This document shows, one piece after another, positions 27,008 to 34,982 of a DNA stretch of 64,000 bases (positions are counted from its first letter, which is position 1; each line of letters starts with the position of its first letter). The DNA comes from Cellvibrionales bacterium (lineage in GTDB: Bacteria > Pseudomonadota > Gammaproteobacteria > Pseudomonadales > UBA7239): positions 411,762-475,761 of the forward strand of contig JADJPU010000001.1 in assembly GCA_016713115.1 (NCBI GenBank). Reading direction: 5' to 3'. A program made the translations under genes and the position numbers. The notes under the pieces were generated by a model. It saw nothing but the letters and a program-made list of their open reading frames with translations. It ran no database searches and was not told where the DNA came from.

Positions 27008-27805
27008 TTACAGGCGGCGATGTTGCAGCGCAGGCAAGCTGGCGCGCACGGCTGCCAAACGCGCGGTATCCAACACACCGCTCACCACGCCCTCGCCTGC
27101 CGGTAAAACAGATAACACTTCGCCCCACGGATCAATCAGCATACTGTGACCCCAAGTGCGGCGACCATTGCGATGCACGCCACCCTGCGCCGCCGCCAAC
27201 ACATAGCACTGGTTTTCAATAGCGCGCGCACGCAGCAACACTTCCCAGTGTGCCTGCCCTGTGGTGTCTGTAAATGCAGACGGCACCACAATCAGCGCGC
27301 AATCACCCAACGCGCGGTACAACTCAGGAAAGCGCAAGTCATAACACACGGACAAACCCACGCGACCAAACGGAGCAGCAAAATAACCGACGCGATCACC
27401 GTGCAAAATGGTGCGCGATTCGTCATAACTCTCGCTGCCTTTTTGAAAGCCGAACAAATGCATTTTGTCGTAACGCGCCACGCACGCGCCCTGCGGATCA
27501 AACACCAGTGTGGTATTCAACACCTTGCTCGCCTCTGGCGATTGCAAAGGAATCGTGCCGCCGATCAAGCAAATGCCATGCTGCTTTGCCAATTCACGCA
27601 GGCAGTTTTGCATCGCGCCTTCACCAAATTGTTCCGCCTGCGCCAATTTATCTTTTTCGTGCATGCCGATGATGGCCCAGTACTCCGGCAGCAACGCCAG
27701 CTCCGCGCCAGCGGCAACCGCATCGCCCACCAAACGCTGCACCGTGGTAATGTTTTCTTCCACTACTGGGGTGGAAGTCATTTGGATAGCTGCAACAATC
27801 GTCAT
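27008..27805 (-). CDS. Carbon-nitrogen hydrolase (nitrilase superfamily, omega-amidase/Nit2-like)
   Basis: 265 aa with the E-K-C triad context (LALLPEYW.., ..YDKMHLF.., ..LSVCYDLRFPELY). Confidence 0.85.
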   Translation of the reverse strand: MTIVAAIQMTSTPVVEENITTVQRLVGDAVAAGAELALLPEYWAIIGMHEKDKLAQAEQFGEGAMQNCLRELAKQHGICLIGGTIPLQSPEASKVLNTTLVFDPQGACVARYDKMHLFGFQKGSESYDESRTILHGDRVGYFAAPFGRVGLSVCYDLRFPELYRALGDCALIVVPSAFTDTTGQAHWEVLLRARAIENQCYVLAAAQGGVHRNGRRTWGHSMLIDPWGEVLSVLPAGEGVVSGVLDTARLAAVRASLPALQHRRL

Positions 27806-27817
27806 GTGTTTTTAATG

Positions 27818-30800
27818 TCACTCTGCTATTTTTCTAACCTGCACAGCACCCGTGTTTTTCAACAACGGAGAGGCACTGCCCATGCGAACATTAGCGCCGG
27901 GCACACCGATCAAAACCTCTGCTTTGCTGTCGGTATCAATATCTCCCGCACCTACAGAAAACCCGAGGAAATCGCGCGTTGCCGCACCGTATATTTTATC
28001 CAACTGAGTACCATCACCGCCGTTCAACACTGTAACGCTGCCTGCATATTTCAGCAGCGCAGACGAACGATCTTTCCACGCACCCACAACCACATCATCA
28101 AAACCGTCACCATTAACATCCGCAGCCACCACGCTATTGCCCAATGCAGCTTTTGCAACCGTGCCGTATTTTTTCATCAAGGGTTCGCTATCAACTCCTG
28201 AAAAAACCGTCACACTACCTGAGCTTTTCAGTGGGCCATCGTCGTCACCTATCGAACCTGCAATCACATCGTCGTAATCGTCTTGGTTGATGTCGCCACT
28301 GGCCACTGCTTTTCCCAGTCGCGCCTGCGGCATAGCGCCGTATTTTTTCATTAACTCAGTGCCATCCATTTTGTACGCCGCGACAGAGCCTGCATTTTTT
28401 AAATTGCCTACAGGATTTGTGTCGCCAGGTGCACCGACAATAATGTCTTGATTACCATCGTGATCGATATCGCCAGATGCCACGCTGGTGCCCGCATAAG
28501 ATTTTCTTTTCGCACCAGAAAACTGCGCCAGTTTTATAGAGAGATTCGCACCTGAATACACACTGACACTGCCCGCACGCAAATGTTCTGTGTTGTCGCC
28601 AGGCGCACCTATATACACATCAGCATAGCCGTCACCATTCACATCTCCCAACGCCAATGCAGCGCCAAAAAGACCGTGCGCTTGGCTGCCGTATAGCGTG
28701 TTGCGCCGTACGCCATCCGGTCCGTACAAAACCGTCACCGCACCGTTATCCACCAAACCAAACGCAGAGCTATCTGCTTTAGGAGCGCCAACCATAATAT
28801 CGGCATAACCATCGCCATCCACATCCGCATTGCCGGCCAGCACCGTGCCAAACGCGCTGTTGGCATTCGTGCCGTTGACAGAAAAAAGTCTCGCCCCCGT
28901 TCTGCCGGAAATTACTTCAACACGCCCCACATTGCGCAAGACACTGTGGCCTGATGGCGACAACACATCGTAGCCGGGAATACCGACGGCATAATCACCG
29001 TAGCCATCCGCATCAACATCGCCGACAAAGGTCACTGCATGCCCTGCTTTATCATTTTTTGTGCCGCCCTGTATGCCAGATAAAATGACAGAACGCGCAA
29101 CATCACACGCATCACCAATATTGTTATTGTCGGCATCCACCTGATCAGTATTTACCACTAACGAACAGTTGTCCGTTGCATCATCAACGCCATCGTTGTC
29201 GTCATCGCTATCTATTGCATCTGGCGTGCCATCGCCATCAGTATCCAAACCGCCATCGCAAACATCACCCATTCCGTTGTTATTGTTGTCGCCCTGATCG
29301 TTGTTGGCATTATCAGGGCAGTTATCAGAAACATCAGCAATACCGTCACCGTCGCGATCACTGCTTGCTGTCGCCAGTTTTTGTAAAGTGAATGCGTCCT
29401 GCGTCAAGCCATCTTCGTCGATGTACTGTGCGTTCAACACAAGGTTGTTCACATCAATAACCAAGGAGCCAATCTTATTAAACGAACGATACATCACTGG
29501 ATGATTCAAAGTTCCGCCGTAAGCCGCTGATGATGCACCCGCCACTACATACACCGTGCCACTGTGCGCCACTGCCGGCTGCGTTTTGCTGTAAGCCGAT
29601 GCACCGGAATACACATCACCGCTGCCGGTATTTTTGGCATACAGCGCATCACTGTAACTACCTGAATAACCGTAATGACCATCAATAAATTTACTGCGTT
29701 CGTAATTGTGGCTATGTCCACTTAACACCACATCCACGCCGTACTGTTCCAGTATTGGCAAAATATTTTCTCGCATTTCTACCAACTCAAAATCCCATCC
29801 ATCTGGATTATCAGAATCGTGTGTGCCTTTGGTGTAGGGAGGATGATGCCAATAAGCAATCAGCCAATCCGACTGATTGGCTGCTAAATCCGCCTCCAAC
29901 CATTGCGCCATTGCGCCGGTTGCACTGCGATCTACATCGTGCGCGTCTAGCACCACAAAATGAATATTGCCGTAGTTATACGAGTAATACGCCTCCGTAC
30001 CTGAAGCCACGCCACCCGCTTCAGCAGCTGCGGGCAAAGTAAAATTTTCGTAATACGCGCCTGTTTGCAGCGCCGTATTGGCGCTATAGGCATCATGATT
30101 ACCCAGCGTTGGCCACACCACGGTTTGGCGCAACAACGGCGTATACATATTGAAAAATTTGTCCTGATATTCTTGGTATGTCCCAGAGCCATAAGCGTTA
30201 TCGCCCAACATCAGCCACAAATCGGTGTAACTATCGCCAACAAATTTCTGGTAGCCCTCATACACTTTCACTTGATCCAGACTGCCGCGACCCGAATCGC
30301 CAATAACCCAAATACGCGTTGGCGTTGCACTGCCCACCGGCGGCTGGGTTTTGAAAAAATAATTGTCGCCGGCACTCAGCACATGAGAGCCTGCGCTGTT
30401 GTGATAACCCACGCTGTAGTAATAAGTGGTTGCCGGTGTGAGCCCAGTCAACTTCACTTCATGCTGATAAACCTTGGTGCTATTTTTAACGGTGCGATTC
30501 AGATTATTGGGATCTGTGCCAAAACGCACCTCACTATTGCGTAACGCTGATGTCCCCCAACGCACCACGGCAGAATCTGGCGTAATAAGTTGTAAATACG
30601 CATCGCGCACAAACGCATTATCGGCAGGCTTGCGATAATTGCCTTCTAGGTGCAGCGCAAAAATAGCAGTCGGACTCTGCTGGCTCGACTGATGCAATTC
30701 GACAGCAATTGTGTTCACGCCATCACGCAAAAACCGGGCAGGAATTTTTTTGGTGACCGATAAGTCCTCAGGATTTTTAGCTTTAGATGCTTGCATGCTA

Positions 30801-31213
30801 TAAAAAATCTTTCCGGCAGGCATATTGTTGCGCAATATTTCCTGGCCATTGAGGTAAACCACAACGCCATCATCCCTTGCTAACAATAATGTTAAATCAT
30901 CAAAGGCTTTTGCTTTAGGAACAGTAAACGCGTGCCGAAAATAGCTTGTGATGTAATGGGCATCCGGTGGACCACTGTCAATCACCGTGGTTTCGACACC
31001 AAAACCATAGCCCATATAACCCGCACCATTGCGCCAGCTTTGATCGTTAAAGGAAGTTGCACGCCAAGACGCGCCTTGATCGCTACCATCATCCAAATAA
31101 CGCCAATTTGCACCAAAAACATCGACCAGTATTGAGCTTTCAGCACTGACCACTGGCGCCAGACACCACAGCAACAAGCCACACAAACCATATCGCAACA
31201 CGGGTATTCTCAT
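27818..31213 (-). CDS. Secreted purple-acid-phosphatase-like metallophosphoesterase fused to TSP3 repeats and an FG-GAP propeller
   Basis: Start at ATG 31213 (MRIPVLRYGLCGLLLWCLAPVVSA signal peptide), followed by an N-terminal beta-sandwich module. A PAP N-domain is present (VVRWGT..EVRFGT..YYYSVG). Metallophosphatase motifs are GDSGRG, GDNAY, GNHD, WHHPPY and GHSHNYER. TSP3 motifs lie at aa ~618-704. About seven FG-GAP repeats run to the C-terminus. Confidence 0.85.
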   Translation of the reverse strand: MRIPVLRYGLCGLLLWCLAPVVSAESSILVDVFGANWRYLDDGSDQGASWRATSFNDQSWRNGAGYMGYGFGVETTVIDSGPPDAHYITSYFRHAFTVPKAKAFDDLTLLLARDDGVVVYLNGQEILRNNMPAGKIFYSMQASKAKNPEDLSVTKKIPARFLRDGVNTIAVELHQSSQQSPTAIFALHLEGNYRKPADNAFVRDAYLQLITPDSAVVRWGTSALRNSEVRFGTDPNNLNRTVKNSTKVYQHEVKLTGLTPATTYYYSVGYHNSAGSHVLSAGDNYFFKTQPPVGSATPTRIWVIGDSGRGSLDQVKVYEGYQKFVGDSYTDLWLMLGDNAYGSGTYQEYQDKFFNMYTPLLRQTVVWPTLGNHDAYSANTALQTGAYYENFTLPAAAEAGGVASGTEAYYSYNYGNIHFVVLDAHDVDRSATGAMAQWLEADLAANQSDWLIAYWHHPPYTKGTHDSDNPDGWDFELVEMRENILPILEQYGVDVVLSGHSHNYERSKFIDGHYGYSGSYSDALYAKNTGSGDVYSGASAYSKTQPAVAHSGTVYVVAGASSAAYGGTLNHPVMYRSFNKIGSLVIDVNNLVLNAQYIDEDGLTQDAFTLQKLATASSDRDGDGIADVSDNCPDNANNDQGDNNNNGMGDVCDGGLDTDGDGTPDAIDSDDDNDGVDDATDNCSLVVNTDQVDADNNNIGDACDVARSVILSGIQGGTKNDKAGHAVTFVGDVDADGYGDYAVGIPGYDVLSPSGHSVLRNVGRVEVISGRTGARLFSVNGTNANSAFGTVLAGNADVDGDGYADIMVGAPKADSSAFGLVDNGAVTVLYGPDGVRRNTLYGSQAHGLFGAALALGDVNGDGYADVYIGAPGDNTEHLRAGSVSVYSGANLSIKLAQFSGAKRKSYAGTSVASGDIDHDGNQDIIVGAPGDTNPVGNLKNAGSVAAYKMDGTELMKKYGAMPQARLGKAVASGDINQDDYDDVIAGSIGDDDGPLKSSGSVTVFSGVDSEPLMKKYGTVAKAALGNSVVAADVNGDGFDDVVVGAWKDRSSALLKYAGSVTVLNGGDGTQLDKIYGAATRDFLGFSVGAGDIDTDSKAEVLIGVPGANVRMGSASPLLKNTGAVQVRKIAE

Positions 31214-31217
31214 TGTG

Positions 31218-32243
31218 TTATCCCCTCGCGCTGATGGCACCCATAAACCTCGCCACCACTATAGCATGATCGCTCACATACGGCTTATTGCTGGCCAGAT
31301 GCTTGCTGCACACCTCCCACTCGCGCAACTGCCAGCGATGCCCTGCGGCGCGCGGATGAAAATGCCAAGAAAAAAACAAATGATCTAAAGCGAGCAATTC
31401 ATCGTCGCCGTGAAAAGTGATGTAGTTTTTTATATCTGCACGCTGCGCGTCTTTTTCCAAATCCAACAGATGATACAAACCCCAATCGGCGCGGCGACCG
31501 CTGCGATTATTGGCACTGCTACGAAAGCGCGCATCACCGCGAATCAAATCGCTTACGCCACTGGGGTGACGATCATTGCAATCCCCCGCCACCACCACGG
31601 CATCAGTCGATTGCTGCAACTGCTGATTCACCAACAAACGCAACACAGCCGCTTCGGCTAAACGCCGCATGCCAGACAGTGCGCGTCCAATATCGGACCA
31701 ATCATCGGCGCTGGTGCCGTAATAGCGATCATTGCCGGGGGAAGTTTGTCTGCGCGATTTCAAATGCGTGTTGAAAACCGTGAGCGTGCGCGCATCCGTT
31801 CCGCGCAAACGCAATTTTAAAATTGGGCGTGAAAAATGTTGAATGTCCACCGCCATGCGATAGCGCGCATCGTCCGTGCGCCAATCTAACGCAGTAGGAA
31901 ATTGTGTAATCCAATCGACGCTGACAATCTCCCAATCGCGCTGCACCACAGCCGCGACTTGCATCTCGCTTTCATCATCGACACACACAATTTGATACTG
32001 CGCATCCAAACCGGCGGTTTTTAATACATCTTGTAAGGCCGTTTTGCTCCACACTTCTTGCAGAGCCATCACCGCCACGGGCTGCGCTTTTAATTGCTCA
32101 GCTATCCAGCCCACTTTGCGTTGGTATTGCGCAGGCGTCCACGCAAATTCACCAAACATTTGCTTATTGGGCAACTGCAAATTACAGAGATTAAATGTGC
32201 TGATCGAAAAGCTCACGCCGCCGCACCTCTCGCGTGGAGCCAT
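31218..32243 (-). CDS. Endonuclease/exonuclease/phosphatase (EEP) family protein
   Basis: The track ORF extends to 32891 but that part is antisense to npdG. ATG 32243 gives MAPRERCGGVSFSISTFNLCNL.. with EEP landmarks (..ALQEV.., ..VFNTHLKS.., ..VVAGDCND.., ..SDHAIVVARF). The stop is 4 nt before the ATG of the downstream phosphatase gene. Confidence 0.75.
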   Translation of the reverse strand: MAPRERCGGVSFSISTFNLCNLQLPNKQMFGEFAWTPAQYQRKVGWIAEQLKAQPVAVMALQEVWSKTALQDVLKTAGLDAQYQIVCVDDESEMQVAAVVQRDWEIVSVDWITQFPTALDWRTDDARYRMAVDIQHFSRPILKLRLRGTDARTLTVFNTHLKSRRQTSPGNDRYYGTSADDWSDIGRALSGMRRLAEAAVLRLLVNQQLQQSTDAVVVAGDCNDRHPSGVSDLIRGDARFRSSANNRSGRRADWGLYHLLDLEKDAQRADIKNYITFHGDDELLALDHLFFSWHFHPRAAGHRWQLREWEVCSKHLASNKPYVSDHAIVVARFMGAISARG

Positions 32244-32342
32244 AAAACCGGCGCGACTGCCAAGTGGGGAAGCCCACTGGTGACGCCAGCGGCTGCGCCG
32301 GTATGATGCGAGGCTGTTTGATTCATCAATGGAGAACGCGAC

Positions 32343-33014
32343 ATGAGCGAGCAAAAACCGGTAATTGCAGTGGTAGGCGGCACGGGTGATTTGGGTTCCG
32401 GCCTTGTTTTTCGCTGGTGCAGAGCAGGCTACCATGTCATTGTCGGCTCGCGCAAAGCCGAGAGCGCCACCGAAGCGGCGGCTGCAATGAAAACGCGCGT
32501 GCCCAGTGCGCAGATTGAAGGTATGGAAAACAGCGTAGCCGCTGCCAAAGCCGACATCGTGTGCATGACCGTCCCTTTTTCTCATCAACAAGACACGCTC
32601 GCTGCGATACACGCTGCGGTGCAAGGCAAAATTTTTATCGATGTCACCGTGTCTTTGAAGCCGCCGAAAGTGGCCACGGTGCAACTGCCCGCTGAAGGTT
32701 CTGCCGGTGTGATTGCGCAAAAAACACTGGGCGAAAATGTGCGCGTGGTATCTGCCTTTCAAAACATTGCCGCTGCGCATTTGAATGACGATCACGCAAT
32801 TCACTGCGATGTCTTGGTGACAGGTGATGATGTAGACGCGCGCGAAACTGTGGTGCAACTCGCACAAGCCGCCGGCATGAAAGCTTGGCACGCAGGCCCA
32901 CTCGCCAACTCCGCCGCCACCGAAGCCTTAACTTCCGTTTTAATTTTTATGAACAAACGCTACAAAATTGCGGGCGGCGCCGGCATTACCATCACCGGCG
33001 AAGTGGGCGTTTAA
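32343..33014 (+). CDS. npdG: NADPH-dependent F420 reductase (Fno/NpdG family)
   Basis: 223 aa with an N-terminal Rossmann motif IAVVGGTGDLGSGL and NpdG-like length and pattern. Immediately upstream of cofE-cofD. Confidence 0.75.
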   Translation: MSEQKPVIAVVGGTGDLGSGLVFRWCRAGYHVIVGSRKAESATEAAAAMKTRVPSAQIEGMENSVAAAKADIVCMTVPFSHQQDTLAAIHAAVQGKIFIDVTVSLKPPKVATVQLPAEGSAGVIAQKTLGENVRVVSAFQNIAAAHLNDDHAIHCDVLVTGDDVDARETVVQLAQAAGMKAWHAGPLANSAATEALTSVLIFMNKRYKIAGGAGITITGEVGV

Positions 33015-33034
33015 GCGCGCATGAGTTTATCGCC

Positions 33035-33802
33035 ATGAGTTCACTGCAACTGTTTGCGCTGCGCGATTTTCCGCTGGTGAACCCCGGCGATGATCTCGCC
33101 GCGCTCATTCAGCAAGCACTGCAACACAATGCACAGACTTTGTGCGATGGCGATATTCTCGTACTCGCGCAAAAAATTGTGTCAAAAGCAGAAAATCGCT
33201 ACCGCGCACTAAATAGCATTACTCCCACAGCGGAAGCAGAAAAATACGCCGCTGAAACCGGCAAAGACCCGCGCATGATCGATCTGGTGTTGCAGGAATC
33301 CAATCGCGTGCTGCGCCACCGTTTTGGCTCGATTGTCGTCGAACACAAACTCGGTTTTGTGCACGCCAATGCGGGTATCGATCAATCCAATTTGCCTGAC
33401 AACAAAGATTCTGAAACCGCGTTACTGTTGCCAGAAAATCCCGATGCCAGCGCACAACAACTGCGCGCAGCATTGCAGCAACAATGCGGTGCAAAAATTG
33501 CCGTACTGATTAACGACAGCTTTGGTCGCGCGTGGCGCTTAGGCACTTGCGGCATCGCCATCGGCGTGGCCGGTTTTGAACCGCTGCTAGATTTGCGCGG
33601 CGCGCCCGATTTATTCGGTCGCAGGCTGGAAATTACGCAAGTGGGCATTGCCGATGAAATTGCCGCTGCTGCATCGCTGCTGATGGGGCAAGCGGGCGAA
33701 GGCTCACCAGTGGTGATTGTGCGCGGCCTGCACTGGCCAGCAAAAGAAAACGCTTCCGTGCAAACGCTACTGCGCAAACCGCAAGAGGATATGTTTCGGT
33801 GA
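33035..33802 (+). CDS. cofE: Coenzyme F420-0:L-glutamate ligase (single-domain CofE)
   Basis: The track ORF start at 32885 overlaps npdG; ATG 33035 gives MSSLQLFALRDFPLVNPGDDLAALI... CofE pattern is present (ILVLAQKIVSKAE.., ..GFVHANAGIDQSN.., ..INDSFGRAWRLG..IAIG). No C-terminal nitroreductase domain. Confidence 0.8.
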   Translation: MSSLQLFALRDFPLVNPGDDLAALIQQALQHNAQTLCDGDILVLAQKIVSKAENRYRALNSITPTAEAEKYAAETGKDPRMIDLVLQESNRVLRHRFGSIVVEHKLGFVHANAGIDQSNLPDNKDSETALLLPENPDASAQQLRAALQQQCGAKIAVLINDSFGRAWRLGTCGIAIGVAGFEPLLDLRGAPDLFGRRLEITQVGIADEIAAAASLLMGQAGEGSPVVIVRGLHWPAKENASVQTLLRKPQEDMFR

Positions 33803-34770
33803 AAACTGGCGGCAACACCGCAGAAAAAAAAGTTGTCGCACTGTGCGGCGGTGTCGGCGGCGCCAAACTCGCTTGGGGTTTGGCGCAAGTTTTATCACCG
33901 GAGCAACTCACACTCATCGTCAACACCGGCGATGATTTTTCACACTTAGGTTTTGGAAAAACAGGTTTACACATCTCACCCGATCTCGACACGGTGTCGT
34001 ACACCCTCGCCAACCGCAACAACCGTGAACTCGGCTGGGGTTTGCAGGGCGAAACCTGGCAGTGCATGAACGCGCTGGAAAACTTTGGCGGTGAAACCTG
34101 GTTTCGCTTGGGCGACAAAGATCTCGCCACACATTTTTTTCGCACGCAGCAATTAGCCAACGGCAAAACCCTCACACAAGTCACCGCCGAACTGTGTACT
34201 GCATTAAACATTCAACATCGCATACTGCCGATGTGCAACGAAGCACTGCCCACGCTGGTGGATACCGAGCAAGGCACACTCGCTTTTCAGCACTATTTTG
34301 TGCGCGAGCAGTGCAAACCAGTGGTGCGCGGCGTGCAGCACCTCGGCGCAGAAAAATCCACACTGTCGCACGAAGTGCGCGCGGCACTGCAAGACGAGGC
34401 GCTCACACATATCATCATCTGCCCATCCAATCCGCTGCTCAGTATCGCGCCCATACTCGCCGTTTCCGGTATGCGTGAACTGCTGCAAACACAGCGCGAA
34501 AAAATTACCGTGGTTTCACCGCTGATCGGCGGGCAAGCGGTGAAAGGCCCCACGGCAAAAATGATGGCGGAAATGGACATCGCCACCGACTCGCTCAGCA
34601 TCGCCCATTTTTATCAAGATTTACTCGGCACGCTGCTGATTGATGACAGCGACGCCCACGAAGCAGACGCTTTACGCCAACAAAATATTCGCGTGCAAAC
34701 TGGCAAAACTCTGATGCAAACGGATGCCGATAAAATTGCGCTAGCACGGGCAGTAATCGGCCTCACATAA
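33799..34770 (+). CDS. cofD: 2-phospho-L-lactate (LPPG:FO) transferase
   Basis: The GTG start overlaps the cofE stop. CofD P-loop-like motif VVALCGGVGGAKLAWGL, 323 aa, and typical ..NTGDDF.HLG..ISPDLDT.. pattern. Confidence 0.8.
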   Translation: MKTGGNTAEKKVVALCGGVGGAKLAWGLAQVLSPEQLTLIVNTGDDFSHLGFGKTGLHISPDLDTVSYTLANRNNRELGWGLQGETWQCMNALENFGGETWFRLGDKDLATHFFRTQQLANGKTLTQVTAELCTALNIQHRILPMCNEALPTLVDTEQGTLAFQHYFVREQCKPVVRGVQHLGAEKSTLSHEVRAALQDEALTHIIICPSNPLLSIAPILAVSGMRELLQTQREKITVVSPLIGGQAVKGPTAKMMAEMDIATDSLSIAHFYQDLLGTLLIDDSDAHEADALRQQNIRVQTGKTLMQTDADKIALARAVIGLT

Positions 34771-34794
34771 CAAAACGGTAAAAAAGCGCTTATC

Positions 34795-34845
34795 TTTACG
34801 GAAAATTTACGCGCCGCCGCACTAGCTTTACGGAAGCTTTATATC
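34795..34845 (+). promoter_or_regulatory. Putative KdpE operator (direct TTTACG repeats, 11-bp spacing) and kdp promoter -10
   Basis: TTTACG occurs at 34795, 34806 and 34827. The first two have the same 6+5+6 geometry as the E. coli KdpE half-sites TTTATA-N5-TTTACA (from memory). TTATAT/TATATC at 34839-34845 lies ~45 nt before the kdpF ATG. Confidence 0.5.
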
Positions 34846-34889
34846 TCTCTGCCTATGATGAAAACACTTCATCGCAGGAGACAATTTCC

Positions 34890-34982
34890 ATGAATTACCT
34901 GATGTTTCTGGCCGGAATACTGGCCGTCGGGCTGCTGATTTACCTCATTGCAGTGCTACTCAATCCGGAGAAATTCTCATGA
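34890..34982 (+). CDS. kdpF: K+-transporting ATPase subunit F
   Basis: Absent from the ORF track because it is too short. ATG 34890 after GGAG gives the 30-aa single TM peptide [30 protein letters not shown]. The TGA overlaps the kdpA ATG (ATGA). Confidence 0.85.
   Translation: MNYLMFLAGILAVGLLIYLIAVLLNPEKFS

Noticed and set aside
27146-28201. Long shadow ORFs antisense or out of frame to confident genes (for example 27146..28201, 9395..10174, 37061..37825, 37746..38567, 22238..22876, 44531..45172).
   Set aside because: Their translations are low-complexity Arg/Ala/His-rich sequences typical of GC-rich non-coding frames. Each is fully covered by a gene with clear family motifs on the other strand or frame.
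32244-32891. Upstream extension of track ORF 31218..32891 (557 aa).
   Set aside because: The extension runs antisense through npdG and the divergent intergenic region and has no EEP-family similarity. The EEP homology begins near ATG 32243.
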